DNA of 64,000 bases from Alphaproteobacteria bacterium. Its GTDB lineage: Bacteria; Pseudomonadota; Alphaproteobacteria; JASGCL01. The translations under genes and the position numbers were made by a program. The notes beneath the pieces are model-generated. The model was not told the DNA's origin and ran no database searches. It saw only the letters and a program-made list of their open reading frames with translations. The stretch is taken from assembly GCA_965262775.1 (NCBI GenBank), contig CBDHFT010000007.1, positions 147,847-211,846 of the forward strand, read 5' to 3'. Below, one piece after another: positions 10,501-19,473 of this stretch; positions within the stretch are counted from its first letter, which is position 1, and each line of letters opens with the position of its first letter.

Positions 10501-11140
10501 GCGTCATGAAATGATTGTCGTTGGTGGCAATCAAGGGCAATGATTTTTTAAAAGCCATATCAAGCAACGCATCCTCGCTGGCGCGTTCTATTTCATCTTC
10601 CCTTATATCATTATGATGACGTTGCAGTTCGATATAACAACGGTTCGGAAATAACCCCGCCAATTTTTCCAAAAATATTTCGGCAACATGGGCTTGATGA
10701 TGATAGATAAATGGCATCAACACGCCGCTCCGTCCGCCCGTCAAAACAATCAACCCATCGGTGCCATCTTGGTTATGTTGCAAGGCGTCGAGTGGAATAA
10801 CGAAGTCTTTGCCTGCCTCCTGCCTTTGGTAGGCATCGGACATGGCACCAATAATTTTTTTATAACCCACCACCGAACAACAAAAAATAGCAACCCGCCC
10901 CGCCAACCATTGGTCGCCATGTTGAAACCCCACCGCCGTATCGACGCCAATAATCGGCTGGATGCCCTTCTCGATAGCCAGTTGGGAAAATTCCATCGCG
11001 CCAAAAAAATTATCGCGGTCGGTCAAGCCCAGGGCGGGCATGTTAAAATTTTTTGCCGCATTGACCAATTCGTTGAAGCGCAACATGCCGCGCGACAAAG
11101 AATAGGGCGAAGCATTGCGTAAATGGATGAAATCAGACAT
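7505..11140 (-). CDS. dnaE: DNA polymerase III alpha subunit
   Basis: N-terminal PHP domain, GPGRGSAAGS, FERFLNPGR, MPDVDIDF, KFDFLGL, YGFNKSHSAAY. Confidence 0.98.
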   Translation of the reverse strand: MSDFIHLRNASPYSLSRGMLRFNELVNAAKNFNMPALGLTDRDNFFGAMEFSQLAIEKGIQPIIGVDTAVGFQHGDQWLAGRVAIFCCSVVGYKKIIGAMSDAYQRQEAGKDFVIPLDALQHNQDGTDGLIVLTGGRSGVLMPFIYHHQAHVAEIFLEKLAGLFPNRCYIELQRHHNDIREDEIERASEDALLDMAFKKSLPLIATNDNHFMTPDLVLAQSALMCIAAQKKINDEDRPQLTAEHYFKSGAAMEALFADLPEAIAQTRVVAQRCHFILEKTKPIIPVFRPESLGKDLSDRSADDILQIVAEKSLEEKIQLLKITDDARPAYRERLAYELSVIKTAGFSDYFLIVADFIRYAKDHGIPVGPGRGSAAGSLTAFSLGITNLDPIHYGLFFERFLNPGRIEMPDVDIDFCQERRDEVLHYVKEKYGDTHVAQIITFGSLQARAAVRDVGRVFGHPYGKIDDIAKLIPFRFDAAAPSEDGNETEEEKEKRQRKLTLALQQSPDLKKLYDGDEVTRQVIDMARILEGLYRHAATHAAGVVMAGRPLKEIVPLYRDSKSDSNLLMTQFSMKSAELAGLLKFDFLGLTTLSIMNRCIKKIKEQRGIDINLDMIPLDDKKTFEIFCKCNTIGIFQFESEGITDLLFKMQPDRLEHLIAAVALYRPGPMDLIPSYLARRAGKEKIEYDHPSLHQVLAETNGLPIYQEQVIEIARVFADFSTGDADVFRKAMGKKDKRKMAVMKEDFIKGAINKHKVSAALATKIFDMVEKFAGYGFNKSHSAAYGLVAYQTAYLKAHYPIEFMAANMTFGMHDTDRLAILVGEAKTMGINILPPDVLHSHALFEVVYDDDKNPTAIAYGLAALKNVGVKAVQALVAARDDESSTAKQQTSLWDFFQAIPPEAAATIFNKRMLESMAAAGAFDNIHPNRREVFENIQLILKFLTAMGDDVSGGASSLFQHDKNFQKNMAQPLTTFAPWNEKELGEKEVESFGFYFAYHPLRGFEELAKDYTLTPISELKQLVTGKVNVLAVVNKLSVRQTKKGKDFYVLNLADSGGEIDINYFDITEKVKKFLLPNEKVFVEVEMTKDKNDESRYYRNIRKIIHASDMLSDKATKAGFSKNPIARKMGDEPVKADLYKFLKIKLYDGAEGQSQLPRLRDILNQQEKGHGQVTVELQLADKTVVMDLGLSLTIKQEIAKSLHQIKDIEFFLEN

Positions 11141-11266
11141 GATTTTTTTGCTTTTTAAAAAAGGTTTTTTGTGTTGTTTAGATTCCTGCTGGTTCTAACC
11201 TATAACGATTCTAAAATTATTGACAACCTAAAAAAACAACTATAATATGCCAAGAAATTACAAGCC

Positions 11267-12424
11267 ATGGTAAGCAAAAAACTTATAGAAAGATTGATGG
11301 AATCAGTCGGTAATATAAAAAAGGGGGAGTTAATCATTACACTGCCTTCGGGCAGGGATTTGCACATTGGTGGGCAAAACCCAGGGCATCGTTCTCATAT
11401 TGTAATAAAGGATTACCGATTCTTCCCCATGGTAATATTGCAAGAGGATATTGGTTTTACCCGTGCCTACATGGCGGGTTATGTTGAATGCGACGATCTT
11501 ATAACCTTTGCCCGTTTGATGTTTCAAAACATGACCACGCATAATAATTGGCGATTATTACGGCGTATCGGCAGTGTGAAAGAAAAAATAAAATATTTTT
11601 TTCAACAAAATACCGTTAGCGGTTCGAAAAAAAATATTCCCGCCCATTATGACTTGGGCAACGATTTTTACCAATTGTGGTTGGATAAAAATATGAACTA
11701 TTCATCCGCCCTTTATAAAGACCAAAAGGAAGATTTGGTATCAGCGCAATTGCAAAAAAACCAACGCATCCTGGATGTTTTTGATAAAAAATCTGGCAGT
11801 ATTTTAGAAGTAGGTTGTGGCTGGGGCGCATTCGCCGAATTAAGCGTCAACAGCGGCGATTACGATTTTCACGGCATATCACTGTCTCATCAACAATTAG
11901 AATATGCCCAAGCGCGATTAAAAAACAAAGCCAACATGGAATATCTTGATTACCGCAACCTTAGCCGTAAATACGACCGCATAGCGTCGATAGAAATGTT
12001 TGAAGCCGTTGGCAAGGGTTTTTGGAATTCCTATTTCCAAGCCGTGCATCATTCATTGCAAGATAAAGGGCGTGCCGTTATCGCCACCATTTTTATCGAC
12101 GACAAAGCTTATCCAGATTACGAACAATCCACCGACATGATAAGAACATTTATTTTCCCTGGCGGGCATTTACCTTCGCCCAGCAATTTTTTTGCTAGCG
12201 CGAACCAGGCTGGTTTAAAAAACACCGATGTTTTCCATTATGGTTTGTCCTATGCAAAAACTTTAAAATTATGGTTGGCCAATTTTGATAAAAAATATAA
12301 GGAAATAAAAAAATTAGGCTATCATGATAATTTTATTCGTTTGTGGCGTTGTTACCTTGCCTTTTGTTCGGCGGGCTTTGCCGAGGAACGCGTGGGCGTG
12401 ATGCAAGTTGCCTTCGAAAAATAA
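11267..12424 (+). CDS. cfa: cyclopropane-fatty-acyl-phospholipid synthase family methyltransferase
   Basis: NIPAHYDLGNDFY, LEVGCGWG, SIEMFEAVG, FIFPGG, LWRCYLAFC. Confidence 0.9.
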   Translation: MVSKKLIERLMESVGNIKKGELIITLPSGRDLHIGGQNPGHRSHIVIKDYRFFPMVILQEDIGFTRAYMAGYVECDDLITFARLMFQNMTTHNNWRLLRRIGSVKEKIKYFFQQNTVSGSKKNIPAHYDLGNDFYQLWLDKNMNYSSALYKDQKEDLVSAQLQKNQRILDVFDKKSGSILEVGCGWGAFAELSVNSGDYDFHGISLSHQQLEYAQARLKNKANMEYLDYRNLSRKYDRIASIEMFEAVGKGFWNSYFQAVHHSLQDKGRAVIATIFIDDKAYPDYEQSTDMIRTFIFPGGHLPSPSNFFASANQAGLKNTDVFHYGLSYAKTLKLWLANFDKKYKEIKKLGYHDNFIRLWRCYLAFCSAGFAEERVGVMQVAFEK

Positions 12425-12570
12425 ATTGAAAAATAAATATACCGCTTGCCTTTTTTGTTAAAAGCAAGATTTTGTGATACAATATGTCATTAACCAAGGT
12501 TGGCTAAAATTTTGAATAGGTCTATTCAACCTGCCATCAGGGTTTATCGCCAGCCAAGATTAATAAAACC

Positions 12571-14112
12571 ATGTTATCCAAAAATCCACATCCAACATCA
12601 ACGGGGGGCCGCGAGGGCTTCTCTCTGAAGCTTGACGAAATCTATGGCGCCCTGCCCCCCGCATTCTATACCAAAATGCCCGCCGAAGGGTTTGCCAAAT
12701 CGCCCAGGCTGGTTGCATTTAACCCCGCGGTGGCGCGGCTGATTGATTTGCCGCCTGACGCCGAGTCTAACCCCGATGCCGTGCAATATTTTTCTGGCAA
12801 CAAAACTTTGCCTGGCGCGCACCCCCTGGCCATGGTTTACGCGGGGCATCAATTTGGTGTTTGGGTGCCGCGGCTGGGCGACGGCCGAGCCTTGCTTATC
12901 GCGCAAATAAAAAATAAAGATAACCAGCGGTTTGATATTCAATTAAAGGGTTCGGGTAAAACCCCCTACTCGCGATTTGCCGATGGTCGCGCCGTGTTGC
13001 GTTCCACCATTCGCGAATATTTGGGCAGCGAAATGATGGCGGGTTTACAAATTGCCACCAGCCGCGCGCTGTGCATGATTGAAACGGGCGAGCAGGTAAG
13101 GCGCGAACGGTGGGAGCCAGGGGCGATATTAACCCGCCTTGCCACCAGCCATATTCGGTTTGGCCATGTTGAATATTTTTGCCACAGCGAACAAACCCCC
13201 ATGGTCAAGGTTCTGCTTGACCATGTTTTGGATTATTATTTGCCCCAGTTTAAAAATAACAAACAACCCTATCACCAGATTTTGTCTTGGGTGGTTGATA
13301 AAACGGCTTTGCTTTTGGCGCAATGGCAAGCGGTCGGGTTTTGCCACGGTGTCATGAACACCGACAATATGTCGTTGCTGGGCGAAACGTTAGATTATGG
13401 CCCCTTTGGTTTTTTAGAAGAATATAACCCCCATCATGTTTGCAATCACAGCGATGAACAGGGACGTTATAGTTTTGCCAACCAACCGCGTATCGCATGG
13501 TGGAACCTCTATGCCCTGGCCATGGCCATGAAATCATTGGTGAGTGAAGAAGATGCCGAAGCGTTGGTCAAACCATTTGGCACGCAATTCGAAAATTATT
13601 TTTATGACATCATGAGTCAAAAATTGGGGTTGGATAAAAAAACAACAAGCGACCAAAGTTCTACTCATCAAATTATCCATGATTGGTTGGCGTTGTTAGA
13701 AAAAACCAAAAGCGATTACACCCTAAGTTTCGTCATGTTGGGCGGCGATATGAAGGATGTTGAAAAAAACAATTTGTTCTTAAGCAACGAAGGTAAGGTA
13801 TTTCTGCAGGATTACAAAAAAATCCTGGGCGACAAGCCCGACGCCGCGCGCCGCGCCCAAATGGCAAAACATAACCCGTTGTTCATATTACGAAATTGGG
13901 TGGCGCAGGTAGCCATAGAAAAAGCCAACCAAGGCGATTACAAAACCTTGAACGAATTATTACAGGTTTGCCAGCAACCATTCGAAGCCAGCGGACAATT
14001 TTCATTTCAAAAAAATGACCAGGGGCAACCCATAAAAATGATTGCGGGGCATAATATCTGCGCCGCCGCGCCAGCCGATTACCAGCATCTCAGTGTTTCT
14101 TGCTCTTCCTAA
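12571..14112 (+). CDS. selO: protein adenylyltransferase SelO / YdiU
   Basis: YAGHQFG, LGDGRA, QLKGSGKTPYSRFADGRAVLRS, HGVMNTDN, C-terminal CSS. Confidence 0.95.
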   Translation: MLSKNPHPTSTGGREGFSLKLDEIYGALPPAFYTKMPAEGFAKSPRLVAFNPAVARLIDLPPDAESNPDAVQYFSGNKTLPGAHPLAMVYAGHQFGVWVPRLGDGRALLIAQIKNKDNQRFDIQLKGSGKTPYSRFADGRAVLRSTIREYLGSEMMAGLQIATSRALCMIETGEQVRRERWEPGAILTRLATSHIRFGHVEYFCHSEQTPMVKVLLDHVLDYYLPQFKNNKQPYHQILSWVVDKTALLLAQWQAVGFCHGVMNTDNMSLLGETLDYGPFGFLEEYNPHHVCNHSDEQGRYSFANQPRIAWWNLYALAMAMKSLVSEEDAEALVKPFGTQFENYFYDIMSQKLGLDKKTTSDQSSTHQIIHDWLALLEKTKSDYTLSFVMLGGDMKDVEKNNLFLSNEGKVFLQDYKKILGDKPDAARRAQMAKHNPLFILRNWVAQVAIEKANQGDYKTLNELLQVCQQPFEASGQFSFQKNDQGQPIKMIAGHNICAAAPADYQHLSVSCSS

Positions 14113-14145
14113 AGCCAGAATTTTATAACTTGCTTTAAATGGTCT

Positions 14146-14988
14146 TTAACGCGAATCCAAATACCCGCCCATTTTTATCGGCGATATTGTTGTTGCCAAA
14201 CCGGTTGTTTCATCGGTTTCAACCAACACCCCGCACACCGTCGCAACCCCCGACGCTGGTTCCAACCGTGGCAGGGGATATTCCTTTAAAAAACGTTTTA
14301 AAACCTTGCTCTTTTCCATGCCGATAACCGAATCGTAGCAACCGCACATGCCAGCATCGGTTTGATAGGCTGTGCCGCCCTCTAACACCCTTGCATCGGC
14401 CGTCGGCACATGGGTGTGGGTTCCCACCACCAGCGACGCCCTGCCATCGCAATAATAACCTATTGCCTGCTTTTCCGATGTTGCCTCAGCATGAACATCT
14501 ATCACAATGGCGTCATAGCCCTGGCTCATGGGGTTGCCCTGACCAATGACCTTATCCAGCGCAGCAAAGGGATTGTCATAGCCACCCATAAAAAGTTGCC
14601 CCATAACATTGACCACCAAAAATTTTTTACCGCTTTCCGTTTCGCCACTCGCCATACCCTTGCCAATGGCCACCGCCGAATTATCTTGCGCAAAATTGCC
14701 ATCGGTATTGGCAAAAAAATTAAGCGGCCGAATAAGCCGTGATTGCAAAGAAAAATAATCCAACGATTCACTGCGGTCAAAGGCATGGTTGCCCGTGGTG
14801 ATAACATCGACCCGCAAACGAAATAATTCTTCGGCAACCTCGGGGCTGATGCCAAACCCATGGGTAGCATTTTCGCCATTAACCACAACCAAATCGGGCT
14901 GGTGTTGTTTGATAAGTTTGGGCAAATGCTCGGCAACGCCCAAGCGTCCTGCCTTTCCCATTACATCGCCCAAGAATAAAATTTTCAT
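14146..14988 (-). CDS. ymdB: YmdB / TIGR00282 metallophosphoesterase
   Basis: LFLGDVMG, VNGEN, TTGNH, DVHAEATSEK, GTHTHVPTAD, TDAGMCG. Confidence 0.93.
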   Translation of the reverse strand: MKILFLGDVMGKAGRLGVAEHLPKLIKQHQPDLVVVNGENATHGFGISPEVAEELFRLRVDVITTGNHAFDRSESLDYFSLQSRLIRPLNFFANTDGNFAQDNSAVAIGKGMASGETESGKKFLVVNVMGQLFMGGYDNPFAALDKVIGQGNPMSQGYDAIVIDVHAEATSEKQAIGYYCDGRASLVVGTHTHVPTADARVLEGGTAYQTDAGMCGCYDSVIGMEKSKVLKRFLKEYPLPRLEPASGVATVCGVLVETDETTGLATTISPIKMGGYLDSR

Positions 14989-14996
14989 TTAGCCTG

Positions 14997-15605
14997 TTAA
15001 GAATAGATTTGCTTTTCCGTCAAGATAAAATTGAGCGATTTATCAAATGGCCCAATGGGTACTTTATCAATTTTTTGTCCATCCCAAGCCAGGCCAATGG
15101 TTAGAAGATTATTTTTTATTTTTTTTTCTGTCGATATTTTTTCTATGGTGCGGTCGTAAAATCCCCCGCCATAACCCAAACGAAATTTTTCTTCATCAAA
15201 TGCTAACAGCGGAACAATCATGATGTCGGGAATGACCTCGGGTTTATCCGCACTGGGGCTGGATGTGCCAAAGGCTTCGCTGACCAATTTATCCCCTACC
15301 TGATAGGCGCGAAATATAAGCGGTGTATTTTTTTTGATAACCACTGGCAAGCAAAGTCGCCCCCCCGCCCCCAGCAAAAACGGTATAAGGCCCAGCGGGC
15401 TTAGCTCGCTGCCCATGGGGTAAAACAGCGAAACATTTTTTCCCGACCATGTATTATTTGCAAATGCTTGCGATAACAATACTGGCAAATTTTCTGGCGG
15501 GTTGTTAAGGCCGCGTGCCATGCTGGCGCGTTGCGTCATCATCGCTTGGCGTAATTGTTTTTTTACATCGTCAATGCCATCGATTGTTGGGGTAATTGTC
15601 GCCAT
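14997..15605 (-). CDS. ygfA: 5-formyltetrahydrofolate cyclo-ligase
   Basis: KKQLR, PDIMIVPLLAFD, RLGYGGGFYDRT; likely start MATIT at 15605. Confidence 0.93.
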   Translation of the reverse strand: MATITPTIDGIDDVKKQLRQAMMTQRASMARGLNNPPENLPVLLSQAFANNTWSGKNVSLFYPMGSELSPLGLIPFLLGAGGRLCLPVVIKKNTPLIFRAYQVGDKLVSEAFGTSSPSADKPEVIPDIMIVPLLAFDEEKFRLGYGGGFYDRTIEKISTEKKIKNNLLTIGLAWDGQKIDKVPIGPFDKSLNFILTEKQIYS

Positions 15606-15660
15606 AGAAAAATGAAAAAATAATAAAAATATCCTAGCCAATAATGGCACGCATAAATAA

Positions 15661-15902
15661 ATGGTAAAGCCAGCCTGCCGTTGTCTTTCTTTATTCAGTC
15701 CTCCGTGGTGCCTGATAAACAGGTGGGTGCCATGTGAAAGGAAAATTCGGCGATGGAGCCTTTACAAATGAGGAATTATTGCTAACCCCCCACTGACCAT
15801 TACACTATTTTCCAGCCAGCGACGGCTCCCGTTCGAAGAACAACATAGCCCACGAGACAGATAAATCTATGACTAATTGGTCGCACAGCCCAGCCTTACC
15901 AT
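15661..15902 (-). ncRNA. ssrS: 6S RNA with extended apical region (~240 nt)
   Basis: Directly upstream of ygfA. Complementary termini ATGGTAAGGC / GCTTTACCAT. Alphaproteobacterial 6S-like motifs GTGCGAC, GGGAGCCGTCGCTGGC, CATGGCACCCACCTG, AACGGC. Confidence 0.8.
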
Positions 15903-16029
15903 CATCAATTTAGCTCCATTTACGCCCGATAGCAAGTATGATTATTTTTGCTATGCTTAGTAGTTTATCTCCACGTAGTATTTATTATTTTGAGATTGCT
16001 ATTTTAGATTTTATTTATTAAAAACTCTC

Positions 16030-19000
16030 ATGTTAAAAAATAGAACATCAAAAAAATGGGTCATGGGCCTCGATATCGGCACCACATCGGTCGCCGTGGC
16101 CTGCTATGCCGTCGACGGCGATAACCACGAAAATCATCAATTAGAATTTTTGGATTCTGTCATTTTTTCAGAACCAGTGGAGGCAAAAACCCTAGCCATG
16201 CTTAACCAAGCACGTCGCGCCAAACGTTTAGCAAGGCGTCAAACCATAAGAAAAGCCCGCGTCAGACGCAAACTACTGCATATTGGCAAAACCATGGGGC
16301 TAAGCGAACAACAATTATCAAGGCGTGATGCCAATGATTTCAATGTGCTTGATTTACGATTAAAAAGCGTCAACCAAAAATTGGAATTGCAGGATGTCAT
16401 GTTGGTCGCCCTCAACATGTTACAAAACCGCGGCGCACGGCATAATAGATTATCAGAAAACGACACCGAAACTCAGGCCGAGATATTGCAAACAAGGAGA
16501 ACCGAAGCCACCAAAAATAACCAGCGCGAAGAATGGTCCGTCATCTATCGCGATGGCGAAAAAGAAAAAGAAAACGAGCTAGCGCGATTTGCATCGCGCC
16601 AACGATACGAACAGGAAGTAAAACATTTTCTTGAAACCCAAGAAAAATACCACGCCATATTAAAGGATACTTATAAAAACGCACCTGAGCCCGAAAAAGG
16701 AAAATTATTTAAAACCCGAGAAGCTAACAAACCATTTACCTTCAAAGATGCCCTGGAAGAAGTTCTAACCTATCAAAAACCCATCAAGTGGGATACCGAC
16801 ACCATCGGCAAATGCGAATTGATGGGCGGCGATTATTTTCGCGCGGTTAAGGCGCAACCCGACTTCCAATTTTTTCGTATTGAACAAAAAATCCAAGACA
16901 TGCAATGGCGGAGTGGCAAACCCGTCACCCCCGAACAAAAAAATATCATCCGCGATATGTTGTTCGATAACCTATTCGTGAAATACACCGCTATTTATGA
17001 ACGGCTAGACCTGGTTGATAGTCAAGACCGCCTGACCCATGATTCTGGCGAAGGTGGCGGGTTTGACGGCGACAAAACAAATCATTTGATAGCCGAGCTA
17101 GCAAGGACCGATACACCATTGCTAACCGATTGGAATAATTTATCGCCTGACGAACGTGCCATGGTCATAGCCTTCTTAGGCGATTTGCAGGACAAAACCC
17201 TTGCCAAGGATGATTCTTACATCAACAATTATTTTGCAAAAAATTTGGCAAAGGACCATTCTTTTAAAACCAACCTGCCCGATGGTCGCGCACCCGAAAA
17301 AGTTAAAAACTTCATTTACACCATCGCCAATCATAAAAAATTTGATACCCTGTCCGCCATGGGGTTTGATAAAAAACGCGCGCAATATTCGCTCGCCGCT
17401 TTGCGTGCTTTAACCAAAGAGATGAAGGAAAACAATTGTACCCTGCACGATGCAAGGGCAAAACTTTTTCCCAACCCGATAGAATTTGAAGAACCATTAA
17501 CCAACCCGCTGGTCAGGAAATCTTATGACCAAACCATGCGTATGGTGCAACATGCCATCAAACAAATGAAAAAACGTGGCGCCAACCCATTACCCGAAGA
17601 TATTCGTTTTGAAATGATGCGGGAATTGCAAATGTCGGTGTATGCACGCACTGAACTGAACAAAAAACAGGGCGATAACCGAAAAGTCCGCGACCAAGCA
17701 AAAAAATTATTGGCCGCGGGCGGACAGCCCACCAATGCCACCAATATAAAAAAATACCAATTGTGGGAAATGCAGGGCAAAGCATGCGCCTACAGCGGAA
17801 ACGCCATATCCTTAAGCCAATTTACTTCTTGCGACATTGACCATATTCGCCCGCAAAGCAAGGGCGGTTCGGACGCCTTCACCAATTTGGTGTTGGTTTT
17901 TACCGAGGTCAATCAAAACAAGGGCGACATGACACCATACCAAGCTTACAAATCTGGCAAATTGAACGCAAAAGAATGGAATGGGTTGGTCAACCTAGCC
18001 AAGGAATTAATTAACGATAGTAATATATTTGGTGAATGGGAAAAAGATTACCAGGCCAAGGAATCCAACACCGCCGTCATCAAAAAGAAAAAATCGGGCA
18101 AAGAAAAAAAACCACGGTTAACCCCGCAACAAATTAAGGGTATCCGCCTGTTGTCATTGGGCGACCCGCAAATGCGCAAATATGACGACGACGACACACG
18201 GGCATTCCAAAACACCAGCTACGTGGCAAAAACCGTCAAACGCGGGTTGTTAAAATTATACAAAAAACAATTTCCCAATGCGACCAACGCCGAATTGGCG
18301 CCAAAAATCATTCCGCTGCGCGGTTCCATTACCGCGCTGGCGCGTCAAGAATGGGGGTTTGAAAATATATTGCCCCATTTACGGATGGCGGAAGGCAAAC
18401 CATTATTCAATGCCGATAACCAAATAATATCACCCGATGATTTTAAAAAATACCCCGAAACAAAAGAAGACGACCACAAGTTTTTTAAACGTTGCGACCA
18501 CCGTCACCATATTATCGACGCCGCCACCATTGGGTTAATCACCCGTTCCATGTTAGACCGCGCGTCAACCCACACCGCGCGTTATGGTTCGTTATATATT
18601 GATAAAAAAATTCGCGAAGAAAACAAGGTTGAAAAATTTTTACTGAAAAGTGAAAACATCGCCAAGGTTATTTATCCACAATTGCAATCATACATGAAAA
18701 ATTATGTGGTGTGGCACAAACCCGACCGCTTTGCCGATGGACAGTTTTTTGAAGAGACAGCCTATAGAAAAATTAAAGAAAATAGCATCAAAAATAATGA
18801 TAACTTTCAACAAAATCATGTCGTAAAAAGGATTCTATTAACCAGTCTCATTGCTAAATATAGCAGCTATGCAAAGTTTATTGAGAAAATAGAAGAAGAT
18901 TGCGAGGGATATGAGATAAAAAAATCTATCATTACGCAATTACAAAAACATGAAAAAAATGGCAAAGAATTAAAAGACGCCCTGGGCGACCTGTGGTTCC

Positions 19001-19473
19001 CCGAACACACCAAAAACCTTGTTAAAAAAATATCAATAGTTTTTAAAAATTCTTTTAATGCTAAGTATGATATCTATATAGAAAAAAACAAAGCTATTTA
19101 TTTTAAAAATGAGTTTGCCGTTGTTGAGATTAATCAAGATAATGAATTATTATTTATACCTCACTGGCAACTAACTAAAGAGAAAAATAAAATTCTACAA
19201 AAAAATAATAAGGCATTTTATAAAAATGATTTCGTTTACTCGCAAACCTATAATGATTTTTATGTAATAAAAGGATACCATAATGAAAAAGGAATTAGAA
19301 TATTGCTAGCAACTGAAGCGTGGTGTCCACAAACCCAATATAATAATGGATATGATGTAAAAATAAAACCAAGGGCAAATTATATTAAAAAAGGCATCAC
19401 CCTTATCCCTGACCGTCAAACCCTTGCCCAATATATTAAAATAAAAAATGAAAGGGCGCATGATAAAACATGA
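16030..19473 (+). CDS. cas9: type II-C CRISPR RNA-guided endonuclease Cas9 (1147 aa)
   Basis: RuvC-I GLDIGTTSV; Arg-rich bridge helix ARRAKRLARRQTIRKARVRR; RuvC-II FEMMRE; HNH CDIDHIRPQSKGGSDAFTNLVLVFTEVNQNKG; RuvC-III DHRHHIIDA. Followed by cas1-cas2 with no csn2 or cas4. Confidence 0.97.
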   Translation: MLKNRTSKKWVMGLDIGTTSVAVACYAVDGDNHENHQLEFLDSVIFSEPVEAKTLAMLNQARRAKRLARRQTIRKARVRRKLLHIGKTMGLSEQQLSRRDANDFNVLDLRLKSVNQKLELQDVMLVALNMLQNRGARHNRLSENDTETQAEILQTRRTEATKNNQREEWSVIYRDGEKEKENELARFASRQRYEQEVKHFLETQEKYHAILKDTYKNAPEPEKGKLFKTREANKPFTFKDALEEVLTYQKPIKWDTDTIGKCELMGGDYFRAVKAQPDFQFFRIEQKIQDMQWRSGKPVTPEQKNIIRDMLFDNLFVKYTAIYERLDLVDSQDRLTHDSGEGGGFDGDKTNHLIAELARTDTPLLTDWNNLSPDERAMVIAFLGDLQDKTLAKDDSYINNYFAKNLAKDHSFKTNLPDGRAPEKVKNFIYTIANHKKFDTLSAMGFDKKRAQYSLAALRALTKEMKENNCTLHDARAKLFPNPIEFEEPLTNPLVRKSYDQTMRMVQHAIKQMKKRGANPLPEDIRFEMMRELQMSVYARTELNKKQGDNRKVRDQAKKLLAAGGQPTNATNIKKYQLWEMQGKACAYSGNAISLSQFTSCDIDHIRPQSKGGSDAFTNLVLVFTEVNQNKGDMTPYQAYKSGKLNAKEWNGLVNLAKELINDSNIFGEWEKDYQAKESNTAVIKKKKSGKEKKPRLTPQQIKGIRLLSLGDPQMRKYDDDDTRAFQNTSYVAKTVKRGLLKLYKKQFPNATNAELAPKIIPLRGSITALARQEWGFENILPHLRMAEGKPLFNADNQIISPDDFKKYPETKEDDHKFFKRCDHRHHIIDAATIGLITRSMLDRASTHTARYGSLYIDKKIREENKVEKFLLKSENIAKVIYPQLQSYMKNYVVWHKPDRFADGQFFEETAYRKIKENSIKNNDNFQQNHVVKRILLTSLIAKYSSYAKFIEKIEEDCEGYEIKKSIITQLQKHEKNGKELKDALGDLWFPEHTKNLVKKISIVFKNSFNAKYDIYIEKNKAIYFKNEFAVVEINQDNELLFIPHWQLTKEKNKILQKNNKAFYKNDFVYSQTYNDFYVIKGYHNEKGIRILLATEAWCPQTQYNNGYDVKIKPRANYIKKGITLIPDRQTLAQYIKIKNERAHDKT

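Noticed and set aside
7505-11140. Possible intein or split in dnaE
   Set aside because: Normal length; only a short charged loop insertion and no intein motifs.
15938-15946. ATGATTATT upstream of cas9 matches the 13-nt remnant spacer 14 (possible autorepression guide)
   Set aside because: A 9-nt AT-rich match is expected by chance, and that spacer's repeat lacks the tracr-pairing 5' end.
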